From Trueperaceae bacterium (GTDB taxonomy: Bacteria > Deinococcota > Deinococci > Deinococcales > Trueperaceae): DNA of 64,000 nt. The notes under the pieces were generated by a model. It did not search any database. It was given only the letters and a program-made list of their open reading frames with translations, and was not told the DNA's origin. The first letter of the stretch is position 1. Every line of letters begins with the position of its first letter. Of this stretch, positions 41,233 through 51,170 are shown piece by piece. The stretch is taken from the NCBI GenBank assembly GCA_020354625.1, contig CP070651.1:2538135-2602134 (forward strand). The letters are read 5' to 3'. The translations under genes were made by a program, and so were the position numbers.

Positions 41233-42611
41233 ACAAGAAATCAGGGTCTCCCACACAACTCTACTTGGCCAGGCGCTATCTGGTATTGATGCTGGCGGTG
41301 GTCCCGCTCTTCGCTGCACTCGGCGGCTTTGTGAGACAACAGCTTCAGCTGCCGACCTGGCCTGCACCCATGGCTGAACCCATTCCGAGGGGTAGGATCT
41401 TGGCTCGCGACGGAACCGTACTCGCCGAAGGAGCAGCGAGTTACCGGCGCTATCCACAAGGCCAACTCGCCTCTCACCTCATCGGGTTCAGCGGCGCGGT
41501 ACAACCAGATGGGCGTTACGGGCTCGAGGGGCTCGAATATACGTACGACCAACGTCTCCAAGCAGGAGAGCCGGTGGTGACGACGCTCGATCCCACCTTG
41601 CAAGCAGCTGCAGAGCGGCATCTCAGGGACGCTATCATCAGACACGAAGCCGACAACGGTGCGGTCGTAATGATCGAAACGGGAACAGGACACGTTTTGG
41701 CCGCTGCAAGCTATCCGAGCTTTGACCCCAATATGCGAGAGACGCGTACCCAAGCTGCTCTTACCAACCGGGCATTTTTGCAACAGTACGAACCTGGTTC
41801 GGTCATGAAACCCTTTGTGGTGGCGGCACTACTAGAGAGCGGTCGCCTGAGGCCTGATGAGGTCATTCCTGCTGAAATGGCGTTGCGGGTGGGATCCAAG
41901 ACGTTCAGAGACGTCGCTCAGCACGACTCTCATTTGGCCGTCCCCGATATCTTGCGGTACTCGAGCAACGTGGCGATGATCCACTTGAGCGATCGCTTTA
42001 CGCCAGAAGAGCAGCACGCTTGGCTCAGACACTTCGGGTTCGGGCAAGAGATGGGGTTGAACTCGATTTTTACCCGCACCGGCCAACTCAACCACTGGCA
42101 GCACTGGGTACCACAAGACAAGGCCTCGATCACCATCGGTCAGAGTGTGTCGACCACCGCGTTGCAGCTGGCAGCTGCCTATAGTATCTTCGCCAACGAC
42201 GGCCTCTACATACCGCCCCAATTGGTGGTAGGCGAAAAACTCAGCCTACCCAAACGGGCCCTCTCCCCCGAAACAGCGCTGGCCGTTCGAAGCATGCTCG
42301 TCTATACGGTCGAGGAGAGCAGCCTCCGCAACTCGAAGATTCCATTTGTCAGCGTGGCCGGCAAGACCGGTACGGCCGACATTTTCGATCAGGCCTCGGG
42401 ACGCTACATCGACGGCGACTACACGCTCGGTTTCGCCGGTATCTTCCCGGCCGAGAACCCGCGGATCACCATGGTGGTCTACCTTCAAAAGCCGCGTAAC
42501 GGTACCATGAGCACCCTGGTGGCAGCGCCCCTTTTTCGAGCCATCGGCAGCGAAGTCGTTGCCCATTGGGGCCTACCGCTAAACGCTTTGACCTATGTCG
42601 GACAGCCCTGA
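41223..42611 (+). CDS. ftsI: Peptidoglycan D,D-transpeptidase FtsI (PBP3)
   Basis: N-terminal transmembrane segment, dimerisation domain, and transpeptidase motifs SVMK, SSN and KTG. Confidence 0.9.
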   Translation: MALNKKSGSPTQLYLARRYLVLMLAVVPLFAALGGFVRQQLQLPTWPAPMAEPIPRGRILARDGTVLAEGAASYRRYPQGQLASHLIGFSGAVQPDGRYGLEGLEYTYDQRLQAGEPVVTTLDPTLQAAAERHLRDAIIRHEADNGAVVMIETGTGHVLAAASYPSFDPNMRETRTQAALTNRAFLQQYEPGSVMKPFVVAALLESGRLRPDEVIPAEMALRVGSKTFRDVAQHDSHLAVPDILRYSSNVAMIHLSDRFTPEEQHAWLRHFGFGQEMGLNSIFTRTGQLNHWQHWVPQDKASITIGQSVSTTALQLAAAYSIFANDGLYIPPQLVVGEKLSLPKRALSPETALAVRSMLVYTVEESSLRNSKIPFVSVAGKTGTADIFDQASGRYIDGDYTLGFAGIFPAENPRITMVVYLQKPRNGTMSTLVAAPLFRAIGSEVVAHWGLPLNALTYVGQP

Positions 42612-42676
42612 TCTATCGTGTGTAATATGTGTAAAATAGTGAAATTGTCGATCTAGGTAGCTGGAGGCCTCGCTGC
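42612..42676 (+). promoter_or_regulatory. AT-rich 65-bp spacer inside the dcw cluster (TGTGTAATATGTGTAAAATAGTGAAATTGTCGATCTAGG); candidate internal promoter for murF onward
   Basis: About 35% GC in a ~65% GC cluster. Contains -10-like TAATAT/TAAAAT and a weak S7 copy of the recurrent motif. A GGAGG ribosome-binding site precedes the murF GTG. Confidence 0.3.
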
Positions 42677-43975
42677 GTGCTTACAACGGACATCATCCTC
42701 AGCCTCACCCCGGGTAGGCGGCCGGTCGCGGAACTCGATCCAGCGACCGGTGTCTCTTTCCACTCATCACGCGTTCGGCCTGGAGACGCGTTTTTTGCGC
42801 TTCCTGGTGCAAACCAGCACGGGATCTCTTTCGCCGCCGCTGCGCTCGAACGCGGGGCGGCTTTTATCGTCTCCGACCGGGCGCACCCCATGGGCGTCAC
42901 GGTCGATGACCCTCGAGGAGCCCTCCTCGCACTCGGGAACTACGCCAGATCGCAACTCAGCGACCCGGTGATCGGCGTGAGTGGTTCCGCAGGCAAAACG
43001 AGTACCAAGGCATTTCTCGCGTATACACTCGGCGCCAAAACGAGTCCGGGGAACTACAACACGCCGCTCGCCCTGGCCGCCGTTCTGACCGACACCTGGC
43101 TTCAAGGGAACCATCACCAGCCACTCGTGCTCGAGCTCGGAATCGACCACCGTGGCGAGATGGCGGAGTTACTCGATCTCGTCAAGCCCACCCACGGCCT
43201 GCTCACCATCATCGCCGAGAGTCACCTCTCTGGAATCGGTACATTGTCGTCGGTGGCCGAAGAAAAAGCTCGTCTTCTCGCCGCCTCCGAAGTGGGGTTG
43301 GCGAGCCTTCAAGCGGCGCAGCTTCTCCCGGCCCGACTCAAAGAGAGGGTATATACCTACGCGCTCGCAGGCCAGGGTGCGACCTTCGAAGCGGAACTCT
43401 TGGAACAGACGCCTTTTCAGCAACGAATCCGTTTTGAGGGCGTCACTTTTACGCTTCCCTATCCCGGTCGAGCCATGGCCGAAAACGCTACGGGGGCCCT
43501 TGCGATGGCGTCTTTGCTCGGCAACTCGATCGAGGCGTCGGCCCGCTCCCTGGAGAGGGCGGTCATCGAACCCGGCAGGCTGCAGCATCGGAGGATCGCA
43601 GGAGCGCTGGTGCTCGATGACACCTACAACAGCAACCCGGCCTCAGCCCGGCTCGCACTCGAAGTCTTGTCCGGTTGCCCTCCCCCACGAACCGCCATCC
43701 TCGGCGATATGCTCGAGCTCGGCGAGCGTGGTCCCGCGCTGCACGAAGAACTCGGAAGACTGACGCGCGGCATCGAACACGTGATTGCGGTGGGACCTCT
43801 CGGCGCCCATCTCAAACGCGGCAATCCCGAAGCCAAACACCTTCCAGATACCGAGGCGGCTCTGTCGCTCATCGGAGACATACCTCTTGAGGGGAGCCTT
43901 CTTATCAAGGCCTCAAGAGGTATGCGCTTCGAAAAACTGATCGATGAGATCGCTCGGAACGAGGGTACCCGTTGA
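42677..43975 (+). CDS. murF: UDP-N-acetylmuramoyl-tripeptide--D-alanyl-D-alanine ligase MurF
   Basis: Mur ligase motifs (IGVSGSAGKTSTK). GTG start. Confidence 0.88.
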   Translation: MLTTDIILSLTPGRRPVAELDPATGVSFHSSRVRPGDAFFALPGANQHGISFAAAALERGAAFIVSDRAHPMGVTVDDPRGALLALGNYARSQLSDPVIGVSGSAGKTSTKAFLAYTLGAKTSPGNYNTPLALAAVLTDTWLQGNHHQPLVLELGIDHRGEMAELLDLVKPTHGLLTIIAESHLSGIGTLSSVAEEKARLLAASEVGLASLQAAQLLPARLKERVYTYALAGQGATFEAELLEQTPFQQRIRFEGVTFTLPYPGRAMAENATGALAMASLLGNSIEASARSLERAVIEPGRLQHRRIAGALVLDDTYNSNPASARLALEVLSGCPPPRTAILGDMLELGERGPALHEELGRLTRGIEHVIAVGPLGAHLKRGNPEAKHLPDTEAALSLIGDIPLEGSLLIKASRGMRFEKLIDEIARNEGTR

Positions 43976-44889
43976 CGTTACTTATCGCCGCACCGCTCTC
44001 GCTACTCCTCACCGGACTATTCGTACTGTTCGCCAAACAGTACGGTTGGGGGAAGAGCGTGCGCGAGGCAGGACCGGTAAGCCACCAGGTCAAGTCTGGA
44101 ACTCCGACTATGGGAGGAATGGCCTTCTTGATCGCGGCCTGCGCGAGCTGGCTCCTCATGGGTGGCGCCCGCGATGAGGCGGTGCAGGCGGTCGTGTTCC
44201 TCACGCTCGCCAGCGGCGCATTGGGGTTGGTAGACGATCTCACTTCCCTGCGTCGCAAGAACCGCCGTCGCGGCGGCGACAAAGACGTCTCGACCGGCCT
44301 GCTCGCCCGTTACCGCCTGTTGGCCCAAACGGCGATAGCGCTCGTCTTCTCCCTCTATGTCGTAAGCGCTGGACATACCCTGTTCGGCCAGGAGCTGGCG
44401 GATACCGTCGCGTTTACCATCATCATCGTCGGGAGCGTGAATGCGCTCAATTTTAGCGATGGGCTCGATGGGCTCGCCGCCGGAATGATGGCTATCATAT
44501 TGCTCCTTTTTGTGGCGAACCCCTTTGCCCTCGCGCTCCTCGGGGCCCTTTTGGGCTTTTTGTGGTACAACAGCCAGCCCGCTCGCGTGTTCATGGGTGG
44601 GGTGGGAGCAGAGGCGCTTGGGGCAGCGTTAGCGGGTCTGGCCATTATGAGCGATGTGAGCTGGTATCTCCCCCTCATCGCCTTGATGCCCGTCTTGGAA
44701 GTCCTATCTGTCATCATTCAGGTTTCGTATTTCCGCCTAAGTGGCGGCAAACGCATTTTTCGTATGAGTCCACTGCACCATCACCTCGAGCTGAGCGGTT
44801 GGAGCGAGGCCCGGGTAGTCAGCCGCTTCTATCTCGTCACAGCCGTCTGCGTCGCGCTTACTTGGATCCTCTGGGGAGGTGCGGCGTGA
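43972..44889 (+). CDS. mraY: Phospho-N-acetylmuramoyl-pentapeptide transferase MraY
   Basis: Polytopic membrane protein with MraY motifs (GTPTMGG..., NxxNxxDGxDGL). TTGA overlap with murF. Confidence 0.9.
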   Translation: MTLLIAAPLSLLLTGLFVLFAKQYGWGKSVREAGPVSHQVKSGTPTMGGMAFLIAACASWLLMGGARDEAVQAVVFLTLASGALGLVDDLTSLRRKNRRRGGDKDVSTGLLARYRLLAQTAIALVFSLYVVSAGHTLFGQELADTVAFTIIIVGSVNALNFSDGLDGLAAGMMAIILLLFVANPFALALLGALLGFLWYNSQPARVFMGGVGAEALGAALAGLAIMSDVSWYLPLIALMPVLEVLSVIIQVSYFRLSGGKRIFRMSPLHHHLELSGWSEARVVSRFYLVTAVCVALTWILWGGAA

Positions 44890-46226
44890 AGGTACTGATT
44901 TACGGTTTGGGACGGAGCGGCCTACCGGTACTGAGGCTTTGCCACGACCAACAACACGAGCTACTCTTTTTTGAGGCGCGTGCCGAAGGGGCAGATATCG
45001 AAGAGGCGATACAGCTCGGCGCCGAGCGTATCACCACCGTTGCAGGGGTACCGTGCGACCTATGCATCGCCGCCCCTGGGGTGCCTTTCGATCACCCGGA
45101 TCTCGCTACCCTGAGGTCCGAAGGTGTTGAGACCATCGGTGAGATCGAGTGGGTCTACCGCAGTACGGAAAATCGGATTATCGGTGTGAGCGGCACCGCC
45201 GGGAAGAGCACTACCACGCTCTGGATATCTGAAGCGTTCAAACGGGCGGGCCACGATGCACCCGCCGGTGGCAACATCGATCCCGCCCTCTCAGCGGTTG
45301 TTCGGCCGGGCGCTCTCTTGGTGGCGGAACTCTCTTCTTTTCAACTCGAACGATCACCCACTCTGCGTTGTCGTACGGCGGTTCTCTTGAATTTGGGCAG
45401 CGACCATTTAGACCGGCACGGAAGCCTCGCCTGCTACCACGCAGCCAAGCGCCGGTTGGTCGACAATCTTACCGACGAGGACCTGCTCGTCTTTAACTAC
45501 GACGATGACAAGGTCAGCAGATGGGCCTCGGAATGCCGCGCCGACACAAGATCCTTTTCGCTAAGCAGGCGCGCCGACGCCTGCCTCGACCGCAATGGCA
45601 CGACACTCATCTTGGACGGCACACCGCTGCTCGATCGTTCAGAGTTGAGCCTGAAAGGCGATCATCAGGTCGCCAATGCCCTCGCCACGGCGCTCGTCTG
45701 CCGACACTACGGCTTGTCGGTACCCGAAATTCAGACGGCCTTGCGCGGGTTCACCGGCCTGCCGGGACGCTACAGTGAAGTCCGTACCCTGGGCGGTATC
45801 AGCTTTATCGAGGACTCTATCGCCACACGAGAACTCGCTGTTAGAGCCGCACTGCACACTACGCAGCCACCGATCGTATGGATCGGAGGCGGGGCCGACA
45901 AAGGAGCCGACCCGTCTTCGTTGCGGTCGCTGATCCTCGAAAAGGTCACCCTCTTCATCGGCATCGGCGCGTCGGGTGCCCAGCTCGCCGACGCCGTAAA
46001 GGATTGGACCGAAGTTTTCGTCTGTCCACAGCGATCGGGAGAGGCTGCACTTCGGTGTGCGGTCACGGCTGCGACCTCGCACCTACAAAACCACCACAAG
46101 GGCCGTGGGACAGTCCTATTGGCCCCATTGGCAGCTTCATTCGATCAATTCAACGACTACGCACACCGTGCCGCCGTGTTTCGGCAAACGGTCGAGCTTC
46201 AGGAGCGACAGTGGACCCACTCCTAA
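44886..46226 (+). CDS. murD: UDP-N-acetylmuramoylalanine--D-glutamate ligase MurD
   Basis: Sequence VKVLIYGLGRSG...GVSGTAGKSTTT. GTG start overlapping the mraY stop (GTGA), with a GGAGGTG ribosome-binding site. The track ORF from 44562 is an overlap-frame N-terminal extension. Confidence 0.88.
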   Translation: MKVLIYGLGRSGLPVLRLCHDQQHELLFFEARAEGADIEEAIQLGAERITTVAGVPCDLCIAAPGVPFDHPDLATLRSEGVETIGEIEWVYRSTENRIIGVSGTAGKSTTTLWISEAFKRAGHDAPAGGNIDPALSAVVRPGALLVAELSSFQLERSPTLRCRTAVLLNLGSDHLDRHGSLACYHAAKRRLVDNLTDEDLLVFNYDDDKVSRWASECRADTRSFSLSRRADACLDRNGTTLILDGTPLLDRSELSLKGDHQVANALATALVCRHYGLSVPEIQTALRGFTGLPGRYSEVRTLGGISFIEDSIATRELAVRAALHTTQPPIVWIGGGADKGADPSSLRSLILEKVTLFIGIGASGAQLADAVKDWTEVFVCPQRSGEAALRCAVTAATSHLQNHHKGRGTVLLAPLAASFDQFNDYAHRAAVFRQTVELQERQWTHS

Positions 46227-47263
46227 TCACCATTCACCTCATGCTCGGTGCCTTAGGAGTTCTAGCCGTTTCTGCCGGTGCACCCGAGCTGGCGCTGGTG
46301 CAGGCGCTACGCTTTTTAGGATGTTTCGTCCTGATGGCGCTCATCGCTCGGGTAACGCCAAAACAGGTGGTGCGCGCGAGCCCCTACGCATATGTCGTGG
46401 TGCTGATCTTGCTGATCTCCGTGCTGATTTTCGGCGTCAGCCCACAAGGGAGCGAGAGCAAGCGTTGGCTCCTCCTGGGCGGCGTCACGATCCAACCATC
46501 GGAGCTGCTCAAGGTGAGTGTCATCGCGTATCTGACCGCCTTTTTCCACAATCATCTGGGCAACTGGCAGATCTGGAGGCCGATGGTGGTCATCGGGGTA
46601 GCAGCAGGGCTGGTCGTAGTAGAACCAGATGTGAGCACGGCTATCTTCCTGTTCGCCCTGGCATTCGCCATTATGCTCGCAGCGGGCACGACACTCCTCA
46701 GGTTGATCAGTATCAGCACGTTCGCAGCCCTGATCGCCTTTCTGGTCGCCGGTTCCTACCTCAGCCAGTACACTTACCTCACCGAGCGGATCACGGGATT
46801 TCTCGACATGAAGGGGCCTCGCGAGTACACCTCCTCGACCAGTTACCAAGCCTTTCGGGCCCAAGAGGCGTTGCAGCGCGCCGGCCTCTTCGGCATCGGA
46901 CCCGGTCGCCCGGTGCGGGTTCCCGAGGCCGAGACCGACATGGCCGCGGTATCGATCGGGCAATCCCTCGGGCTTGTCGGCATCGCCACGCTCATCATCC
47001 TCTTCGTCTTGCTCGCCGCACGAGGCATCCGCATCGCAGCAGCCTATCCCGGCCCGGGGAGTCTGTTAGCCGCCGGCGCAACCACCTATATATGCTGCCA
47101 AGCAGGTTTGAACCTACTCGTGACCTCAGGCCTGTTCCCGGTAACGGGTATGCCGCTCCCATTTGTGAGTTACGGGCTCAACAGCCTCGTTTCGGTATCG
47201 ATCGCCCTCGGTTTCATCCATAGCAGCTACCGCTACGCCGTAACGCAGGGAGTCACGCCGTGA
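46211..47263 (+). CDS. ftsW: Cell division protein FtsW (SEDS family peptidoglycan glycosyltransferase)
   Basis: 10-transmembrane SEDS architecture. GTG at 46211 preceded by AGGAG. The track ORFs 45878.. and 46057.. are misframed extensions. Confidence 0.85.
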   Translation: MDPLLITIHLMLGALGVLAVSAGAPELALVQALRFLGCFVLMALIARVTPKQVVRASPYAYVVVLILLISVLIFGVSPQGSESKRWLLLGGVTIQPSELLKVSVIAYLTAFFHNHLGNWQIWRPMVVIGVAAGLVVVEPDVSTAIFLFALAFAIMLAAGTTLLRLISISTFAALIAFLVAGSYLSQYTYLTERITGFLDMKGPREYTSSTSYQAFRAQEALQRAGLFGIGPGRPVRVPEAETDMAAVSIGQSLGLVGIATLIILFVLLAARGIRIAAAYPGPGSLLAAGATTYICCQAGLNLLVTSGLFPVTGMPLPFVSYGLNSLVSVSIALGFIHSSYRYAVTQGVTP

Positions 47264-48375
47264 GGCGAAGATACTATCTCTTTGCTACGGGTGGAAGTGG
47301 AGGTCATATCTACCCCGCGCTCGCCGTTGCGGCTGCAGCACAAAGACGCGGCATCGAGGTCGGGTTCATCGGGCACGCAGGAGGTATGGAGGCCTCGATC
47401 GTGCCAGATTCGAACTTCGATTTCTACGGTGTCGCCGCCGGTAAATGGCAAAGGGGTGCGCCCGATCCGAGGCAGGCTCTGCGGGCGCTGTGGGGGCTCG
47501 TGGAAGCTTCGCGGCTTCTCAAACGGCTGCGACCAGACCTGGTAGTCGGTTTCGGAGGCTTTGCAAGCTTCCCCGCGTGCTTCGCGTCGAGCCTATTCAA
47601 CCTACCCTTTGTATTGCACGAGGGAAACGCGTTCCCCGGCCGAGTCACCCGTTGGTTTGCAGGCCGTGCGCTTGCGGTTCTTACCTCTCAGCCGGAAGCC
47701 GCGAGCAAACTCCAACATGCAAAACGGCTCGAGGACGTGGGCTTTCCCATCCGCGAACAGCGCCTCTCGAAAGAAGACGCACGTCGTGAACTCGGATTAC
47801 CACAACAGGGCACGGTCACGCTCGTGCTCGGTGGCTCTCAAGGATCATTGACGCTCAACAAGGAAGTTCCTCTCGCCTACCGCGCCTTGCGAGAAGACGT
47901 GGGTCGAGAGCTCGGCACCGTTCTTCACTGTACGGGGGCGCGCTGGTTAGAATCCGTGAGGGCCTCGCTTCCAGAAGACCGGCGTTATTTGCTCAAGGGC
48001 TACGTGGAGGCTACGCTCGCTTGGTCCGCAGCCGACCTCGCCATTACCCGAGCCGGCGTGAGCACGCTGGCAGAAGCCGCATTTCACGGCGTACCCGTGA
48101 TCATGGTGCCCTTGCCTTCGGCGGCCGAAAACCACCAACGGCACAACGCTCAGGCGGTGGAAGCCGCTGCTGCAGGGCGAATGGTCGAGGAGCCGGATCT
48201 CTCCGAACTGCCACGGGTATGGCGTGAGTTTCTCGATCCCGAGGTGAGGAGATCGGCTGCATATGCCGCAAAGGCCCGATCTCCAGAGGGTGCGGCCGAA
48301 CAGTTCCTACTCCTCTTCGATTCCCTGCTCACGACGAGCATTGCGGCAGCCAGGGCCGGTAAGGGGGCGCTGTGA
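47260..48375 (+). CDS. murG: UDP-N-acetylglucosamine--N-acetylmuramyl-(pentapeptide) pyrophosphoryl-undecaprenol N-acetylglucosamine transferase MurG
   Basis: GT28 signatures (FATGGSGGHIYPALAVA). GTGA overlap with ftsW. Confidence 0.9.
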   Translation: MRRRYYLFATGGSGGHIYPALAVAAAAQRRGIEVGFIGHAGGMEASIVPDSNFDFYGVAAGKWQRGAPDPRQALRALWGLVEASRLLKRLRPDLVVGFGGFASFPACFASSLFNLPFVLHEGNAFPGRVTRWFAGRALAVLTSQPEAASKLQHAKRLEDVGFPIREQRLSKEDARRELGLPQQGTVTLVLGGSQGSLTLNKEVPLAYRALREDVGRELGTVLHCTGARWLESVRASLPEDRRYLLKGYVEATLAWSAADLAITRAGVSTLAEAAFHGVPVIMVPLPSAAENHQRHNAQAVEAAAAGRMVEEPDLSELPRVWREFLDPEVRRSAAYAAKARSPEGAAEQFLLLFDSLLTTSIAAARAGKGAL

Positions 48376-49748
48376 AGCCCCACCTTCACTTCATGGGCAT
48401 CGGTGGGATCGGCATGAGCGGTCTCGCCCGCTGGTACGCGCTCGACGGCTACCGCATCTCTGGCTGCGACGCAGTCGATACACCGCTCTTGATGGAATTG
48501 CGGCAAGCTGGCCTACAGGTACACGTCGGCCACAACCCCGATCACCTCGAAGACGCTTCGGTCTTTGTGAGCAGTATGGCGGTACCCGATCACCACCCAG
48601 AGATTCTTACTGCCAGAAGCAGAGGCCTGCGCATGATGAAGCGGATCGAACTGCTCGCCGATCTCTGTCGTAAGCGAAAAGCCGTGGCCGTCACGGGAAC
48701 CCACGGCAAGAGTACCACCACCGGCATGATCGCTTCGATCTTCTTGGGGCTAGGCCAGGATCCCTCGGTGCAACTCGGAGCCAACCTCCCCCTCCTCCCT
48801 GGAAACTACCGCTACGGTGGGGGTGAGCATGTTATCGCCGAGGTCGACGAATCCGACCCGGGGTTCGCGCAGCTCGAGAGCGAACTCGCCATCATCACTA
48901 ATCTAGAAGACGACCATATCGCCGGAAACTTCGAGGAGCGGCGCAATTACCACGCCAGCTTCGCCGACCTACAAAGAGCAACGAGGGAGTTTTCGCAGCG
49001 TACGAAACAGCTCCTCATCTGTGCCGACTGGCGTGAGCTCGGTACCCTTCTCGGGGATCTTGGCAACACGCTCAGCTACGGTTTCGACCCTTCTTCTGAC
49101 TATTATATCGACAAGCTCGAGCTCGCCGAGACGGGGTGCCGGTTCGAGCTCAGAACGCCGAACGGGAGCCGTCATCCGATCAGATTGGCGATACCCGGCA
49201 GACACAACGCGCAAAACGCAACCGCAGCGCTGGCAGCAGCCGACCTCGCCGGTCTTCCGCTCGAGGCAGCCGCCCGGCAACTCGGACGGTTCTCCGGGGT
49301 GGGCCGGCGCTGGCAGGTGTGGTCCTCAAAAGCCGGCACCCTGATCATCGACGACTATGCCCACCACCCGACCGAAGTCGCGGCCACTTTGACAGCAGCC
49401 CACGATACGGGACGTAGAGTCAGAGCCGTGCTCCAACCCCACCGTTGGATCAGGACCGCGCTCCACTGGGAGGCGCTGGCAGACGCCGCATCACTAGCCG
49501 ACGAAGTTCTAGTTCTCGATATCTACAGCGCGGGAGAGGAGGCCATCGCCGGTATCGGACCCGATCTCATCGCCCATAGACTACAGAAAGGGGGTACCTC
49601 AGCAAGCTGCCACGATCTCGCCTCGGCCAGCGACTACCTCTTGCGTACGCTCGTCGAAGGCGACTTGGTGATCACCCTCGGGGCCGGAGACGTCTGGAAA
49701 GTCGCCGAGTCGATCACAAGGCATCTAGAGGAGCGCCATGCCGGTTAA
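48372..49748 (+). CDS. murC: UDP-N-acetylmuramate--L-alanine ligase MurC
   Basis: Sequence HFMGIGGIGMSGLA...VTGTHGKSTTT. GTGA overlap with murG. Confidence 0.9.
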   Translation: MKPHLHFMGIGGIGMSGLARWYALDGYRISGCDAVDTPLLMELRQAGLQVHVGHNPDHLEDASVFVSSMAVPDHHPEILTARSRGLRMMKRIELLADLCRKRKAVAVTGTHGKSTTTGMIASIFLGLGQDPSVQLGANLPLLPGNYRYGGGEHVIAEVDESDPGFAQLESELAIITNLEDDHIAGNFEERRNYHASFADLQRATREFSQRTKQLLICADWRELGTLLGDLGNTLSYGFDPSSDYYIDKLELAETGCRFELRTPNGSRHPIRLAIPGRHNAQNATAALAAADLAGLPLEAAARQLGRFSGVGRRWQVWSSKAGTLIIDDYAHHPTEVAATLTAAHDTGRRVRAVLQPHRWIRTALHWEALADAASLADEVLVLDIYSAGEEAIAGIGPDLIAHRLQKGGTSASCHDLASASDYLLRTLVEGDLVITLGAGDVWKVAESITRHLEERHAG

Positions 49749-50571
49749 AACAGTCGCGCGCCGGGTCGAACTCAAAGATTACACCACCTTGCGCATCGGA
49801 GGACCCGCTGAGCTATGGGAGGTCGAAACGCTTGCGGAGCTGAAGGAGGCTACCTCCGCCCCCTTCCGTATCCTCGGTGCAGGCTCGAACCTGCTGGTCT
49901 CCGACCGCGGTGTGCGCGAGCGTGTCGTCAAGCTCGGAGCGGCCTTCAATAGTATCCGCACCTTCGACCGAGACCCTGAGCAGTGGATCGGTGCGGCCAC
50001 GCCCGTTCCTGGCCTGGTGCGACGAGCGCAGCGCTTAGGACTCTCTGGGCTCGAGGGCCTGTTGGGTGTTCCAGCTGTGCTGGGCGGCGCGATTGCGATG
50101 AATGCCGGGACCCGCTTCGGAGCCGTGAGCGACAGTTTGCTCGAACTCGAACTCTCTATCGGAGGACGAATCGAGCGCATCGAGGCCGACCAAGTCTCCT
50201 TCGGCTACCGCTGGGCCGAACTGCCGAAAGGGGGCGTTGTCACCCGGGCTCGCCTCGCGCTCACCCCGTCGACCCCCGACCGCGTCGAAGCGCGCCTGCG
50301 TGAGGTCGATGCCGCACGAGCCGGCCAACCCAAGATCAAATCGGCCGGATGCGCCTTCAAGAACCCTGCGGGTGACAGTGCGGGACGGCTCATCGATGTC
50401 GCTGGGCTCAAGGGGCTTCGGGTAGGCGATGCCATGGTTTCTCTCGAACACGGAAATTTCATCGTCAATCTGGGGAACGCCAGCGCCAAGGATATATGCG
50501 GCCTGCTCGAACTCATACAAAACCGGCTCCCCTCACCTCTCGAACTCGAGTGGTGCCTCTGGGGGTTCTGA
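49738..50571 (+). CDS. murB: UDP-N-acetylenolpyruvoylglucosamine reductase MurB
   Basis: FAD-binding PCMH domain (GGPAELWEV...GAGSNLL). 11-nt overlap with murC. Confidence 0.85.
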   Translation: MPVKTVARRVELKDYTTLRIGGPAELWEVETLAELKEATSAPFRILGAGSNLLVSDRGVRERVVKLGAAFNSIRTFDRDPEQWIGAATPVPGLVRRAQRLGLSGLEGLLGVPAVLGGAIAMNAGTRFGAVSDSLLELELSIGGRIERIEADQVSFGYRWAELPKGGVVTRARLALTPSTPDRVEARLREVDAARAGQPKIKSAGCAFKNPAGDSAGRLIDVAGLKGLRVGDAMVSLEHGNFIVNLGNASAKDICGLLELIQNRLPSPLELEWCLWGF

Positions 50572-51170
50572 TGCGCCTCTTCGTGATCATGCTCTTCGCT
50601 TTCGGCAGCCTGCTCATGATCGTGACCCGGCTGACACCGAAAGTGGACCGGATCGAAGTGAGTGGCAACGAACACTACAGCCGCGATGAGATCTTGGCGC
50701 TCGCAGACGTGAAGCCGGGCGATCCCTTCTTGTGGGTGACCAGCTGGCGGGTGGCCGAGCTGGTCCGCGATCCGTGGATCACACGGGTACGCATCACAAG
50801 GCACTGGCCCCATACCATCTCCATCGTGGTCTGGGAACGGAAGCCGGTGGCGACCGACGGCGAGACAACGTGGGCTCAAGATGGTACAGTCTTGCCAGAG
50901 GTAGACGCTCGGGTTCGCGCAGAGTTGGTCGAAATCACCGGGTGGGGTCTGCCGCGTATCACCGAGGCGCTAGAACTCGTACCGATGTTGGAACCGTTCG
51001 GGCTTCAAGTGATAAGCTACACGCCAGAAGGTTTTGAGATCCAACTGCCAGAGTCCTCGCTTTACACGCCGAGCATCAGAGCGCTACGCGATCACTGGGG
51101 AGCAGTTGTAAGCCAAGAAGGGAGACGTGTGGCCGTCTACCCCTGGGGAGTGAGCAGAGCAGATGACTGA
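50571..51170 (+). CDS. ftsQ: Cell division protein FtsQ/DivIB (POTRA domain)
   Basis: Transmembrane segment then POTRA (VDRIEVSGNEHYSRDEILALADVKPGD). TGATG overlap with murB. Confidence 0.7.
   Translation: MRLFVIMLFAFGSLLMIVTRLTPKVDRIEVSGNEHYSRDEILALADVKPGDPFLWVTSWRVAELVRDPWITRVRITRHWPHTISIVVWERKPVATDGETTWAQDGTVLPEVDARVRAELVEITGWGLPRITEALELVPMLEPFGLQVISYTPEGFEIQLPESSLYTPSIRALRDHWGAVVSQEGRRVAVYPWGVSRADD

Noticed and set aside
44562-46210. Track ORFs 44562..46226 and 45878/46057..47263, taken as long N-terminal extensions
   Set aside because: The extensions run through mraY and murD in other frames. The true murD and ftsW starts are the GTGs at 44886 and 46211, each with a ribosome-binding site.
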